Source: Bacteroidota bacterium (lineage in GTDB: Bacteria; Bacteroidota; Bacteroidia; Bacteroidales; GCA-2711565). Taken from it: DNA of 64,000 nt. The translations under genes and the position numbers were made by a program. How positions within the stretch are numbered: the stretch's first letter is position 1; every line of letters begins with the position of its first letter. The notes beneath the pieces were generated by a model, which was not told the DNA's origin, did no database searches, and was given only the letters and a program-made list of their open reading frames with translations. Location: contig JAHIVC010000099.1 of NCBI GenBank assembly GCA_018816945.1, positions 64,554 to 128,553 of the forward strand. Direction: 5' to 3'. Positions 33,920 through 42,688 of this stretch are shown one piece after another.

Positions 33920-34615
33920 ATGCCTACCTATATTAACAATGCATTATGCAAAGATTGTTCTAAAAGGCTTAACATTTTTCATTTTTTAACCGACGATGAA
34001 ATGGACTATATCAACGAGCATCGTCATGAGGTAAAATTCAATCCCGGCGAAACAATTTTCAAGCAAGGAGGAGCATTCACTCATGTTGCGTGTTTGACAT
34101 CAGGTTATGGAAAAGTTTATATAGAAGGCATCAATAAAAAGAATCTGGTTCTTAATATTTTACGACCTACAGAAATGATTGGTGGACCCGGATTGTTCAA
34201 CGATTTTCGTCATCATTATTCGGTTTCCGCAATTGATGATGTTGTTGCTTGTTTTATTGAAGTTGAGTCTTTTATGGAAGTTGCGAAACAAAACAAGGAG
34301 TTTGCTTCGGAACTATTCAAATGGATCAACCAAAAAGGGGTCCGTAATTTTGAAAAGCTGATTAATCTTACCCAAAAACAAATGCCCGGAAGAATAGCAG
34401 ATGCCTTACTCTATCTTTCAAACTCTGTTTACGAAAATGATAAATTTACGGTCAATATTTCACGTCAGGATATTGCAGATCTGGCAGCCATGTCGAAAGA
34501 AAGTGCCATCCGAATTATTAAAGAATTCAAAGAATCGGGCTTTATTACCTGTGAGGGGAACGATTTTAATATTCTCGATCCAAAGGCACTGCATAAAATT
34601 AGTCAGACCGGTTAA
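33920..34615 (+). CDS. Crp/Fnr-family transcriptional regulator
   Basis: 231 aa with a cNMP-binding-like beta-roll (FNPGETIFKQGG...) and a C-terminal HTH (SRQDIADLAAMSKESAIRIIKEFKESGFI). An N-terminal CxxC (CKDC) is present. The gene is divergent from the cytochrome operon. Confidence 0.85.
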   Translation: MPTYINNALCKDCSKRLNIFHFLTDDEMDYINEHRHEVKFNPGETIFKQGGAFTHVACLTSGYGKVYIEGINKKNLVLNILRPTEMIGGPGLFNDFRHHYSVSAIDDVVACFIEVESFMEVAKQNKEFASELFKWINQKGVRNFEKLINLTQKQMPGRIADALLYLSNSVYENDKFTVNISRQDIADLAAMSKESAIRIIKEFKESGFITCEGNDFNILDPKALHKISQTG

Positions 34616-34640
34616 AGAACCCAATTGGACATTTATTTTC

Positions 34641-34648
34641 TAACTTTG
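34641..34648 (+). promoter_or_regulatory. -7 box TAACTTTG upstream of ispG
   Basis: Located 21 nt upstream of the ATG at 34669. Confidence 0.4.
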
Positions 34649-34668
34649 TATAAATAAGTTAAAAATAA

Positions 34669-36444
34669 ATGACTGATTTACTGCAAAAATTTCCTTCTTT
34701 CATTTCCCGAACCATTCATATTGGCAACGTTGCTTTGGGCGGATTAAATCCAGTAAGGATTCAATCAATGACTTCGACCAATACTTTAAATACCAAAGAA
34801 ACAGTTAGCCAGTCTATTCGCATGATTGATGCCGGCTGTGAAATGGTTCGAATAACCTGTCCCGGAATAAAAGAGGCTGAAAATTTAAGGCTCATCAAAA
34901 AAAAATTGCAACAAGCCGGTTACAATGCACCTCTTATTGCCGACATTCATTTTAATCCAAATGTGGCTGAACGTGCCGCCCGAATCGTTGAAAAAATCAG
35001 AATAAATCCAGGGAATTACACAGGAACTATTTCTAAAAACTTATCAGTATTAAGTGAGTTTGAATATCAGCTGGAACTCGAAAAAGTGGCCGATAAACTT
35101 CTACCTTTACTTAAGGTTTGTAAAGAATACGGAACGGTAATAAGGGTTGGGGTTAATCATGGTTCCTTATCCGAACGCATAATTCATAAATACGGAAACA
35201 CACCCTTGGGAATGGTGGCTTCTGCAATGGAGTTCGTACAAATCTGTCAGGCATTTCAATTTTGCGATTTGGTGTTATCAATGAAATCGAGCAATCTAAA
35301 AATCATGGTGCAAGCCTATCGGTTATTGGTAAGTAAAATGCTTGAAAATAATATGGATTATCCTCTTCACTTGGGAGTTACAGAAGCAGGAAACGGATTG
35401 GACGGGCGAATTAAATCAACTTTAGGCATTGGCACTTTGATTCGGGAAGGAATAGGGGATACCATCAGGGTTTCGCTAACTGAGGCTCCGGAAAATGAAA
35501 TTATTTTCGCAAAATCAATTATTAAAATATTGGGCAGGTCAACTCAACAAAATAATAAACACACTGATTATTTTTCGCATATAAATCCTTTTGAATATAA
35601 TCGCAGAGGCAGCAATCTGACGGCTCAAATTGGAGGAGGAAAACCACCGATTGTAATTTCATCGTCACAGAACGAAGAAGCTGATTTGTTTTTTGACAAA
35701 GCACAAAATCTACTTGTTGGAAAACAAAATAATTTCAAAATCATCAGGATTGAAGAAAAGGTTAAAAATCGGATTTCTGAAAATCAAAATAAATTTGTTG
35801 AATTGCATTTGCTACTTGACCAAAAAGAGTTTGATTTGATTTTGGGACGAATCGTTAATGATGATATTTTATTGTTTTCCCTCGGCAACGATCAGGAGAT
35901 TATTGAGGTTCGAAAACTGATTTCATCCTTACTCAGTCGGGAAATTAAAAACCCGGTTGTAATTAAAAAAACCTATGAGGATGAAAATTATGACGAGTTA
36001 ATCGTACATGCCTCTACCGATTTTGGATCATTGCTTATTGATGGACTCATAGATGGGGTTTGGATAGAAAGTCTTAAACACGAAAGCAAAAGCACTTTAT
36101 TAAGTTTTCGAATATTACAAGCGAGTGGTTCGCGAATCAGTAGCACCGAATTTATTGCCTGTCCCTCATGCGGCAGAACCAAATATAATATTGAACAAGC
36201 ATTTGACGAAGTTAAAAAAGCAACAAATCACCTCTGCGGTTTAAAAATAGCGGTGATGGGTTGCATCGTAAATGGTCCGGGCGAAATGGCCGATGCGGAT
36301 TATGGTTATATCGGCGCAGGCAATGGAAAAGTAAATTTGTATAAATCACGGGAATTAATCAAACAAGGAATTGACGAAAAGCAAGCCGTTGCAGAACTAA
36401 TTGCACTGATAAAAAAGTACGGTGACTGGAAAGAAAAAAATTAG
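34669..36444 (+). CDS. ispG: 4-hydroxy-3-methylbut-2-en-1-yl diphosphate synthase (long form with inserted domain)
   Basis: 591 aa with an N-terminal TIM-barrel region (VRIQSMTSTNT, IADIHF) and a C-terminal Fe-S region (CPSCGRT...GCIVNGPGE). A ~200-aa insertion between them is typical of the long IspG type. Confidence 0.9.
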   Translation: MTDLLQKFPSFISRTIHIGNVALGGLNPVRIQSMTSTNTLNTKETVSQSIRMIDAGCEMVRITCPGIKEAENLRLIKKKLQQAGYNAPLIADIHFNPNVAERAARIVEKIRINPGNYTGTISKNLSVLSEFEYQLELEKVADKLLPLLKVCKEYGTVIRVGVNHGSLSERIIHKYGNTPLGMVASAMEFVQICQAFQFCDLVLSMKSSNLKIMVQAYRLLVSKMLENNMDYPLHLGVTEAGNGLDGRIKSTLGIGTLIREGIGDTIRVSLTEAPENEIIFAKSIIKILGRSTQQNNKHTDYFSHINPFEYNRRGSNLTAQIGGGKPPIVISSSQNEEADLFFDKAQNLLVGKQNNFKIIRIEEKVKNRISENQNKFVELHLLLDQKEFDLILGRIVNDDILLFSLGNDQEIIEVRKLISSLLSREIKNPVVIKKTYEDENYDELIVHASTDFGSLLIDGLIDGVWIESLKHESKSTLLSFRILQASGSRISSTEFIACPSCGRTKYNIEQAFDEVKKATNHLCGLKIAVMGCIVNGPGEMADADYGYIGAGNGKVNLYKSRELIKQGIDEKQAVAELIALIKKYGDWKEKN

Positions 36445-37493
36445 TTTCCCCTTATCAACTGAATGCTTTTAGGGATAATCGTGAACTCAAAAGGAGAGTG
36501 CCCAAGCGATTCACCATCCGTTTCAAGAAATAGGGAAGCCGCAGGATTTGAAGTAATCTCAATTCGTTTTCCGGTAAAGGTTTGTACTTCCGGAATTTTA
36601 ACAAATGAACCATCGTATAAATTTTTAATGTTTGAGATGACTTTAAATTTTGAAGCTTTACGAATGAGGGTAATATCAAACAATCCGTTATCCGGGATTG
36701 CATAAGGAAGTTGCATCATTCCACCTCCGTTATATTTACATATTCCAATACTTAAGCTAAATATTTTTCCTGCAAAAACCTTATCATCATCAATGCGCAA
36801 ATTAATTTCAGTATGTTGGTATTGTAATAATCCCAGGAATAAATTGATGAGATAAGCAAATGGCCCTCCGCCTCCTTTTTCTTTCATCAAATTGGTTTTT
36901 TTTGCAACAAGAGCATCATAACCCATCCCTGCCATGTTTACAAAATGCCTTGAAATAATTTTTTCTTTAGATGAGTATTTTACGATTCCGGCATCCTGTA
37001 TAAAGGTCTTATCTTTTTGAATAATATCAATGGCACTTTCATAATCGTTAGGAATTTGGTACATTCTACCCCAATCATTACCTGTGCCAATCGGAATCAT
37101 CCCAATTTTTATATCTTTCGTTCCGACAATCTTTTGTTGAAATATACCGTTTACAACTTCGTTAAATGTGCCATCACCTCCCACGACTATAATATTACGA
37201 TAGCCATCGCTTATATATTGAGTAGTTATTTCGATGGCATCGTTTTTATGTTTTGTGAAAACATTCTTGAAAGAGAATCCTTTTTTTTCCAAAAGCGATT
37301 GAATCTTACTCCAATCCTTTTCACCTTTTCTTTTACCGGAATTCGGGTTGACAATTACCAACCAATCCTTTATGAATAAATCTGATTTAGTATCACCCAA
37401 AATAATCGTTGTTAAGTAAGTTTGAATGGGATCAAATTTAGGATAAATTTTTATATAACCGAAGTTCGATCCAATGCACATCAAATAAAACAT
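36441..37493 (-). CDS. Diacylglycerol/lipid kinase family protein (YegS-like)
   Basis: 350 aa with VIVNPNSGKRKG and the GGDGT motif (VVGGDGTFNEVVNG). The N-terminal ~45 aa are atypical, so the start is uncertain. The stop codon overlaps the ispG stop by 4 nt in convergent orientation. Confidence 0.75.
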   Translation of the reverse strand: MFYLMCIGSNFGYIKIYPKFDPIQTYLTTIILGDTKSDLFIKDWLVIVNPNSGKRKGEKDWSKIQSLLEKKGFSFKNVFTKHKNDAIEITTQYISDGYRNIIVVGGDGTFNEVVNGIFQQKIVGTKDIKIGMIPIGTGNDWGRMYQIPNDYESAIDIIQKDKTFIQDAGIVKYSSKEKIISRHFVNMAGMGYDALVAKKTNLMKEKGGGGPFAYLINLFLGLLQYQHTEINLRIDDDKVFAGKIFSLSIGICKYNGGGMMQLPYAIPDNGLFDITLIRKASKFKVISNIKNLYDGSFVKIPEVQTFTGKRIEITSNPAASLFLETDGESLGHSPFEFTIIPKSIQLIRGN

Positions 37494-37530
37494 GCTTCAA
37501 TAGGTCTAATATTAAGTACTTTGGGCTAAT

Positions 37531-37603
37531 AAGACATTAGATACCAGATGTTAGATCATAGATGAAACTTCTTTTTTGTCTAATATCTAAACTCTAACGT
37601 CTT
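37531..37603. repeat. Imperfect inverted repeat built from TTAGAT / ATCTAA words
   Basis: The left arm 37531-37558 (aagacattagataccagatgttagatca) roughly matches the reverse complement of the right arm 37577-37603 (aagacgttagagtttagatattagaca). It lies between the trkH stop and the lipid-kinase start. Confidence 0.7.
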
Positions 37604-37693
37604 TTATCTTAATTTATTAAAACGCAAATAACATAGCAGCGAGTATTTCAATGCTTTTTCTGTAGAATTAATGTAATATTGATTCTAAATGAT

Positions 37694-39157
37694 CTATTTT
37701 TTCCAAAACGCAGGTGCAAAAATGATGAGTACGGTGAACAATTCCAAACGACCTAAAAGCATTATAAAAGATAAAACCCATTGGCCGGCCAAAGGAATAT
37801 GGGAATAATTTTCGATCGGACCTACCGACCCAATACCGGGGCCAATATTGCCAAGTGAGGCAGCAACAGAGCCGGCAGCTGACTCAAAATCCAATCCTAA
37901 AGCCGACATGATAAGTGTGCCAAAAACAAAAATGAGGATGTAGATTAAAAAGAAAGCCATTACTTTATAAATAATATCTCCATCAACTGATTTCTTATTA
38001 AGTTTTACAGGAATAACTGCTTGTCGATGTATCAATCGCTTTAATTCTTGTCCACTATTTTTTAATAATAAAAGTTGTCTGATGACTTTCATACCACCAC
38101 CAGTTGAGCCCGCGCTTCCACCAACAAACATCAATAAAAAGATGATGAGCCAAAGTGTACCTGGCCAGAGTAAATAATTGTCAGTAACAAAGCCTGTAGT
38201 TGTAATAATTGAAACAACTGTGAATAAGGTGTCCCTGAAAGCCTTTTCCATTTCTACTGTTCCTAAGCTAGTAATAGCAATGGTTATAGCAATTGTTGCA
38301 AGCCCGATTAGTGCAAGGTAGTTTCTGTATTCTTCGTTGTCCCAAACTTTTCGCAATCGACCTTGTAAGGCAAAATAATGCAAAGTGAAATTTGTTCCCG
38401 CCAAAATCATAAAAAAGATGATGATGTATTGTATGTAAGACGAATAGCCTGCTATGCTGTCATTTTGAGTTGAAAAACCTCCGGTAGCCATGGTACCAAA
38501 AGCGTGACATAAGCCGTCAAACAAATTCATCCCTCCGGTCATTAACATGATTGTTTCTGCAAAGGTGAGCAAAACATAAATTGCCCATAGACGTTTTGCA
38601 GTGTGTGTGATCCGAGGATGGAGTTTATCGTGAGTTGGGCCCGGCATTTCGGCAACAAATAATTGCATACCCCCAATTCCCAAAACCGGTAATATGGCAA
38701 CTGATAAAACGATGATCCCCATTCCGCCTATCCAATGAGTTAAGCTGCGCCAAAATAAAATTCCTTTTGGAACAGCTTCAATATCACTTAAAATAGTTGC
38801 TCCGGTGGTTGTAAAACCAGACATGGTTTCAAAAAAAGCATTTGTAAAACCGGGAATTGCTCCACTAAATAAAAAGGGTAAGGTGCCAAAAAAAGAAGTA
38901 GTAATCCATGTAAAAGTGACAATCAAATAGCCTTCGCGTTTACCTATGATATTGCTGGTATATTTGCGCAAAGCGATGAATAAAGTGGCTCCAACTGCAG
39001 AGGTAATCAGTCCCGAATAAAGTAATGCCAAATAACTTGTTTCATGATAGTACAAAGAAAATGGGATACCCAGAAACATAAAAAAACCTTCAATCATCAG
39101 TAAAAAACCAATAATCTTTAGGACTAATTTGAAATTTATATCCGCATTTTTAAACAT
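37694..39157 (-). CDS. trkH: Trk/Ktr-type potassium uptake membrane subunit TrkH
   Basis: 487 aa, polytopic, with repeated pore-loop-like motifs (TTTGAT, TGGFST, TTTGFV, GSTGGG). It lies downstream of trkA. Confidence 0.85.
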   Translation of the reverse strand: MFKNADINFKLVLKIIGFLLMIEGFFMFLGIPFSLYYHETSYLALLYSGLITSAVGATLFIALRKYTSNIIGKREGYLIVTFTWITTSFFGTLPFLFSGAIPGFTNAFFETMSGFTTTGATILSDIEAVPKGILFWRSLTHWIGGMGIIVLSVAILPVLGIGGMQLFVAEMPGPTHDKLHPRITHTAKRLWAIYVLLTFAETIMLMTGGMNLFDGLCHAFGTMATGGFSTQNDSIAGYSSYIQYIIIFFMILAGTNFTLHYFALQGRLRKVWDNEEYRNYLALIGLATIAITIAITSLGTVEMEKAFRDTLFTVVSIITTTGFVTDNYLLWPGTLWLIIFLLMFVGGSAGSTGGGMKVIRQLLLLKNSGQELKRLIHRQAVIPVKLNKKSVDGDIIYKVMAFFLIYILIFVFGTLIMSALGLDFESAAGSVAASLGNIGPGIGSVGPIENYSHIPLAGQWVLSFIMLLGRLELFTVLIIFAPAFWKK

Positions 39158-39209
39158 GCATAAAATTATTTATTTACTAATAATGCGAATTTAGGGATAA
39201 GAAATAAAA

Positions 39210-40550
39210 TCAGTTAAAAAGTTTGTCTACTTTGGTTATGGCATGAGGCAAACAAAAAACAACAACCCTATCACCTTCCTCAATTTGAGAATTACCCATT
39301 GCAATAAAACTTTCGTTACCTCTATAAATTCCGCCTATTAATGCGCCATCCGGAACATTTAAGTATTTAATTTGCTTTTTAGTTATCGCTGAAGAAGGTT
39401 TGGCAACAAGTTCAATTACCTCTGCATCCACCCCACTTAAGCATTTTAGAGAAGCAACTTCAGAGCCCATCGTAAACCGAACAATATAACTTGCAGTAAT
39501 TAGTTTTTTATTGATAATAGTATCAATACCAATGTTTTGTGAAATGTCGATATAATCAATGTTTTCGACCAATGCTATAGTTTTCTTAACACCGAATTTG
39601 CGTGCATGTAAACAAGTAAGGATATTTGTTTCCGAATTATCGGTCACCGCAATAAAAGCATCAACTCCACGAATGCCCTCCTCTTCCAAAAGTTGAATAT
39701 CACGCGCATCTCCATGAATAACCAAAGTATCTTCCAAATAATCCGTTAGACTTAAACATCTTTCTTTATCAACTTCAAACAATTTGATATTTACCTCTTT
39801 TTCCAATCGCTTACATGCAGTTCGTCCAACACGACCTCCTCCAACTACCATGATATTCTTTATCTCAAAACGTGATTTTCCACAAAATTCCATCAGGTCA
39901 TCAATACCTTCGGGTTTAGTAATCACATAAATCAGGTCGTTTGGAAGAAATTTATCATTTCCTTTTGGAATAATTGTTTGACCGCTTCTGTGTATTGCTA
40001 CAGCTCTGAAATTCAGGTGTGGGTTTTCCTTTGCAATTTGATACAGACTTTGGTACATAATCGGGGCATTTTCTTCCAACCTTATCAAAAATAAAGAAAG
40101 CTTTTTATTGGTAAAATCGAAAATTTCTGTTGCTCCTGTTTGATGCAAAAGGTCCGTAATTTCGTGTGCGGCAATCTCTTCCGGACAAATCATGGCGTCG
40201 ATACCAAGGCTTTCATAAATCTTTTTATTTTCCTCACTTACATTTTCCAGGTTATTAACACGGGCAATTGTTTTTTTTGCTCCTAATTTTTTACCAAGAA
40301 TAGCTGTAATAATATTTACCTGCTCATTATGAACTACCGAAATTAATAAATCCGTATTATGAATATTAGCACTCTTAAGGATCGGAATGTTGGTTGAATC
40401 GCCAGTGATTGTCATCAAATCAGTATGTGATTCAACCATTTTTAATAATTCTTCGTTGGGATCAACTATGGTAATGTTATGGTTTTCACTGGCTAATTGT
40501 TTCGCCAGATGCAATCCCACTTCTCCATCTCCTGCAATAAGTATATTCAT
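39210..40550 (-). CDS. trkA: Trk system potassium uptake protein TrkA (two RCK/NAD-binding modules)
   Basis: 446 aa with two Rossmann motifs (IAGDGEVG, VVGGGRVG), each followed by an RCK_C-like segment. Confidence 0.9.
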   Translation of the reverse strand: MNILIAGDGEVGLHLAKQLASENHNITIVDPNEELLKMVESHTDLMTITGDSTNIPILKSANIHNTDLLISVVHNEQVNIITAILGKKLGAKKTIARVNNLENVSEENKKIYESLGIDAMICPEEIAAHEITDLLHQTGATEIFDFTNKKLSLFLIRLEENAPIMYQSLYQIAKENPHLNFRAVAIHRSGQTIIPKGNDKFLPNDLIYVITKPEGIDDLMEFCGKSRFEIKNIMVVGGGRVGRTACKRLEKEVNIKLFEVDKERCLSLTDYLEDTLVIHGDARDIQLLEEEGIRGVDAFIAVTDNSETNILTCLHARKFGVKKTIALVENIDYIDISQNIGIDTIINKKLITASYIVRFTMGSEVASLKCLSGVDAEVIELVAKPSSAITKKQIKYLNVPDGALIGGIYRGNESFIAMGNSQIEEGDRVVVFCLPHAITKVDKLFN

Positions 40551-40592
40551 AAAAATATTTTCTTTGCGGCTGCGAAATTAATGCAATCTGAT

Positions 40593-40600
40593 CAAATATA
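40593..40600 (-). promoter_or_regulatory. -7 box (TATATTTG on the minus strand) upstream of trkA-trkH
   Basis: The plus strand reads caaatata, 43 nt upstream of the start at 40550. Confidence 0.35.
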
Positions 40601-40669
40601 GCAAATTATCAATTAAAAATGCTGCTTTTTATTTTAATCGGGAGGAAAATAGAAGATGAAATTATTTCT

Positions 40670-41461
40670 CTAATCGAACGTAAATTTATCCCAGTCAGGG
40701 CCTACATTAAATTTTCGTCTTAAATCAGTTAAGGTAGTCAGGGATAATTCAACGATGGCAATTTCTTCAATTTTCGGATTAAGGGAAAGCAATATTTCAC
40801 CTTTTGGATCAATAAGCAATGAGTCTCCCGAATATTTATTTCCGCTTCCATCAATGCCAATTCGGTTCAAGCCAATCACATAGGCCTGATTTTCAATCGC
40901 ACGGGCAATGAGTAATTGTTTCCATGGATAACTTCTGGAAGCCGGCCAATTGGCTACATAAATCAATAAATCATATTCAAATTTATCGTCAGTATAGGTA
41001 TTTTTACTCCATACAGGGAAACGTAAATCATAGCAAATCAAAGGACGGATTTTCCAATTATTCAAATTAAATATCAATCTTTCATTACCGGGCCTGATCG
41101 TATCAGCTTCATCACCTAAATGAAAAACATGTCGTTTTGAATATTGATCAAAAGTTCCATCCGGTTTCATTGAAATAAAAGTATTGAAATAGGCATTTTG
41201 ATTTTTCAGCAGCAAACTTCCGGCAATGCTACAATTAAGTTGGGATGCTTTTTTATGCATCCATTTCATGGTTGAACCATCCATATTTTCTGCGAACCTG
41301 TCGGGATCAACAGGAAATCCGGTATTAAAAACCTCCGGTAATGCAATTAAATCAACCGGTTCGTCTATTTGAGGTAAAAGAGAATCAAAATGATTTAAAT
41401 TACCTTGAATATCTTCCCATAAAATATCGGACTGGATTAGTGCTATTTTTAAATTTTGCAT
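40670..41461 (-). CDS. Carbon-nitrogen hydrolase family amidohydrolase (omega-amidase/YafV-like)
   Basis: Start moved to the Met at 41461 (MQNLKIALIQ), which shortens the overlap with the upstream aminotransferase gene (stop at 41449-41451) from 61 nt to 13 nt. The Glu-Lys-Cys triad context is ALPEVF, ...SKRHVFH..., PLICYDLRFP. Confidence 0.8.
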   Translation of the reverse strand: MQNLKIALIQSDILWEDIQGNLNHFDSLLPQIDEPVDLIALPEVFNTGFPVDPDRFAENMDGSTMKWMHKKASQLNCSIAGSLLLKNQNAYFNTFISMKPDGTFDQYSKRHVFHLGDEADTIRPGNERLIFNLNNWKIRPLICYDLRFPVWSKNTYTDDKFEYDLLIYVANWPASRSYPWKQLLIARAIENQAYVIGLNRIGIDGSGNKYSGDSLLIDPKGEILLSLNPKIEEIAIVELSLTTLTDLRRKFNVGPDWDKFTFD

Positions 41462-42606
41462 AAAATTTCTGCGGCTTTGTTTAATGTTTCTTTTTGTTTG
41501 GCAAAACAAAATCTGAGTCTTTTTGATTCCATTCCATCATGATAAAATGAAGAAACGGGTATCGATGCAATTCCAAATTTTTTAATCAATTCCTTTGCAA
41601 ATTCCATTTCGGGCTTATCCGAAATATCGCGATAATCCAACAACTGAAAATAAGTTCCAAAACATGGGACTATCCGAAAACGTGAAGTCCTGATTTTATC
41701 TGCAAAATAATCTCTCTTTTGTTCGTAAAACGAATGAAGTTTATTGTAGTTTTTCTTCTTGCTTATAAAATCGGCAATGGCGTATTGAATTGGAGTATTC
41801 ACGGTAAACACATTAAATTGGTGAACCTTGCGGAACTCATTCATTAGTTTTTCAGGTGCCAAAACATAACCCATTTTCCAACCTGTAGCATGAAAAGTTT
41901 TCCCAAACGAAGCGATGACAAAACTTCGGCGAGCCAGCTCAGGATATTTACAAACACTTTCATGTTGCAAATTGTCAAAAATCAGATGCTCATATACCTC
42001 ATCACTAATTACAATAATATCCGTTTCTTTAGTCAAAGCTTCCAATTGTAAAATATCGGAAGATTTTAATACACTTCCGGTGGGATTGTGCGGGGTATTA
42101 ATGATTATTAGTTTTGTACGATGGGTGATCAATCGGGGTAATTCGTCCCAATCTATTGAATAATCGGGCAAAAGAAGTCTGGCATATTTTACCGTTCCTC
42201 CATTCAAACGAATTGATGGAGCATAGCTGTCATAAGCCGGTTCAAAAATAATCGCCTCGTCTTCATCTCTTATTATTGCAGAAATGGCAGTATAAATTGC
42301 CTGCGTGGCTCCTGCCGTAACCGTAATTTCAGAATCGGCATTGTATTCTGCGCCATATATATCTTTAACCTTTTTCACAATCTGCGCCCTTAGAGCCGGA
42401 ACACCCGGCATAGGTGCATACTGATTATATCCATTTTTCATATAATGATGAATCAATTCGATCAGTTCGGCAGAAACCGGAAAATCTGGGAAACCTTGAG
42501 ACAAATTAATCGCATTATGCTCATTTGCCATTTTACTCATTACAGCAAAGATGGAAGTCCCAACATTAGGCAACTTTGTACTCAGTCTTCCTTCAAAATC
42601 TAACAT
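41449..42606 (-). CDS. PLP-dependent aminotransferase, class I/II (YbdL/methionine aminotransferase-like)
   Basis: The PLP-lysine context is SFGKTFHATGWKMGY, and NPHNPTG is present. Start chosen at the ATG at 42606 (MLDFEGRLSTKLP) because the track's TTG start at 42627 lies inside a -7 box (42625-42632). Confidence 0.8.
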   Translation of the reverse strand: MLDFEGRLSTKLPNVGTSIFAVMSKMANEHNAINLSQGFPDFPVSAELIELIHHYMKNGYNQYAPMPGVPALRAQIVKKVKDIYGAEYNADSEITVTAGATQAIYTAISAIIRDEDEAIIFEPAYDSYAPSIRLNGGTVKYARLLLPDYSIDWDELPRLITHRTKLIIINTPHNPTGSVLKSSDILQLEALTKETDIIVISDEVYEHLIFDNLQHESVCKYPELARRSFVIASFGKTFHATGWKMGYVLAPEKLMNEFRKVHQFNVFTVNTPIQYAIADFISKKKNYNKLHSFYEQKRDYFADKIRTSRFRIVPCFGTYFQLLDYRDISDKPEMEFAKELIKKFGIASIPVSSFYHDGMESKRLRFCFAKQKETLNKAAEILCKI

Positions 42607-42624
42607 TAATATATTATTTAAAAG

Positions 42625-42632
42625 CAAATTTA
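42625..42632 (-). promoter_or_regulatory. -7 box (TAAATTTG on the minus strand) upstream of the aminotransferase gene
   Basis: The plus strand reads caaattta, 19 nt upstream of the ATG at 42606. Confidence 0.4.
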
Positions 42633-42652
42633 ATTAATTTAAACAGAAATTG

Positions 42653-42660
42653 TATTTTTG
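42653..42660 (+). promoter_or_regulatory. -7 box TATTTTTG upstream of pgk
   Basis: Located 29 nt upstream of the ATG at 42689 and divergent from the box at 42625-42632. Confidence 0.4.
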
Positions 42661-42688
42661 AATTTCATTGACACCTAAAAATAATCGG

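Noticed and set aside
41449-41509. An apparent 61-nt overlap between the nitrilase-family and aminotransferase track ORFs.
   Set aside because: This is an artefact of longest-ORF calling. The internal Met at 41461 (MQNLKIALIQ) is the typical N-terminus of this hydrolase family and shortens the overlap to 13 nt.
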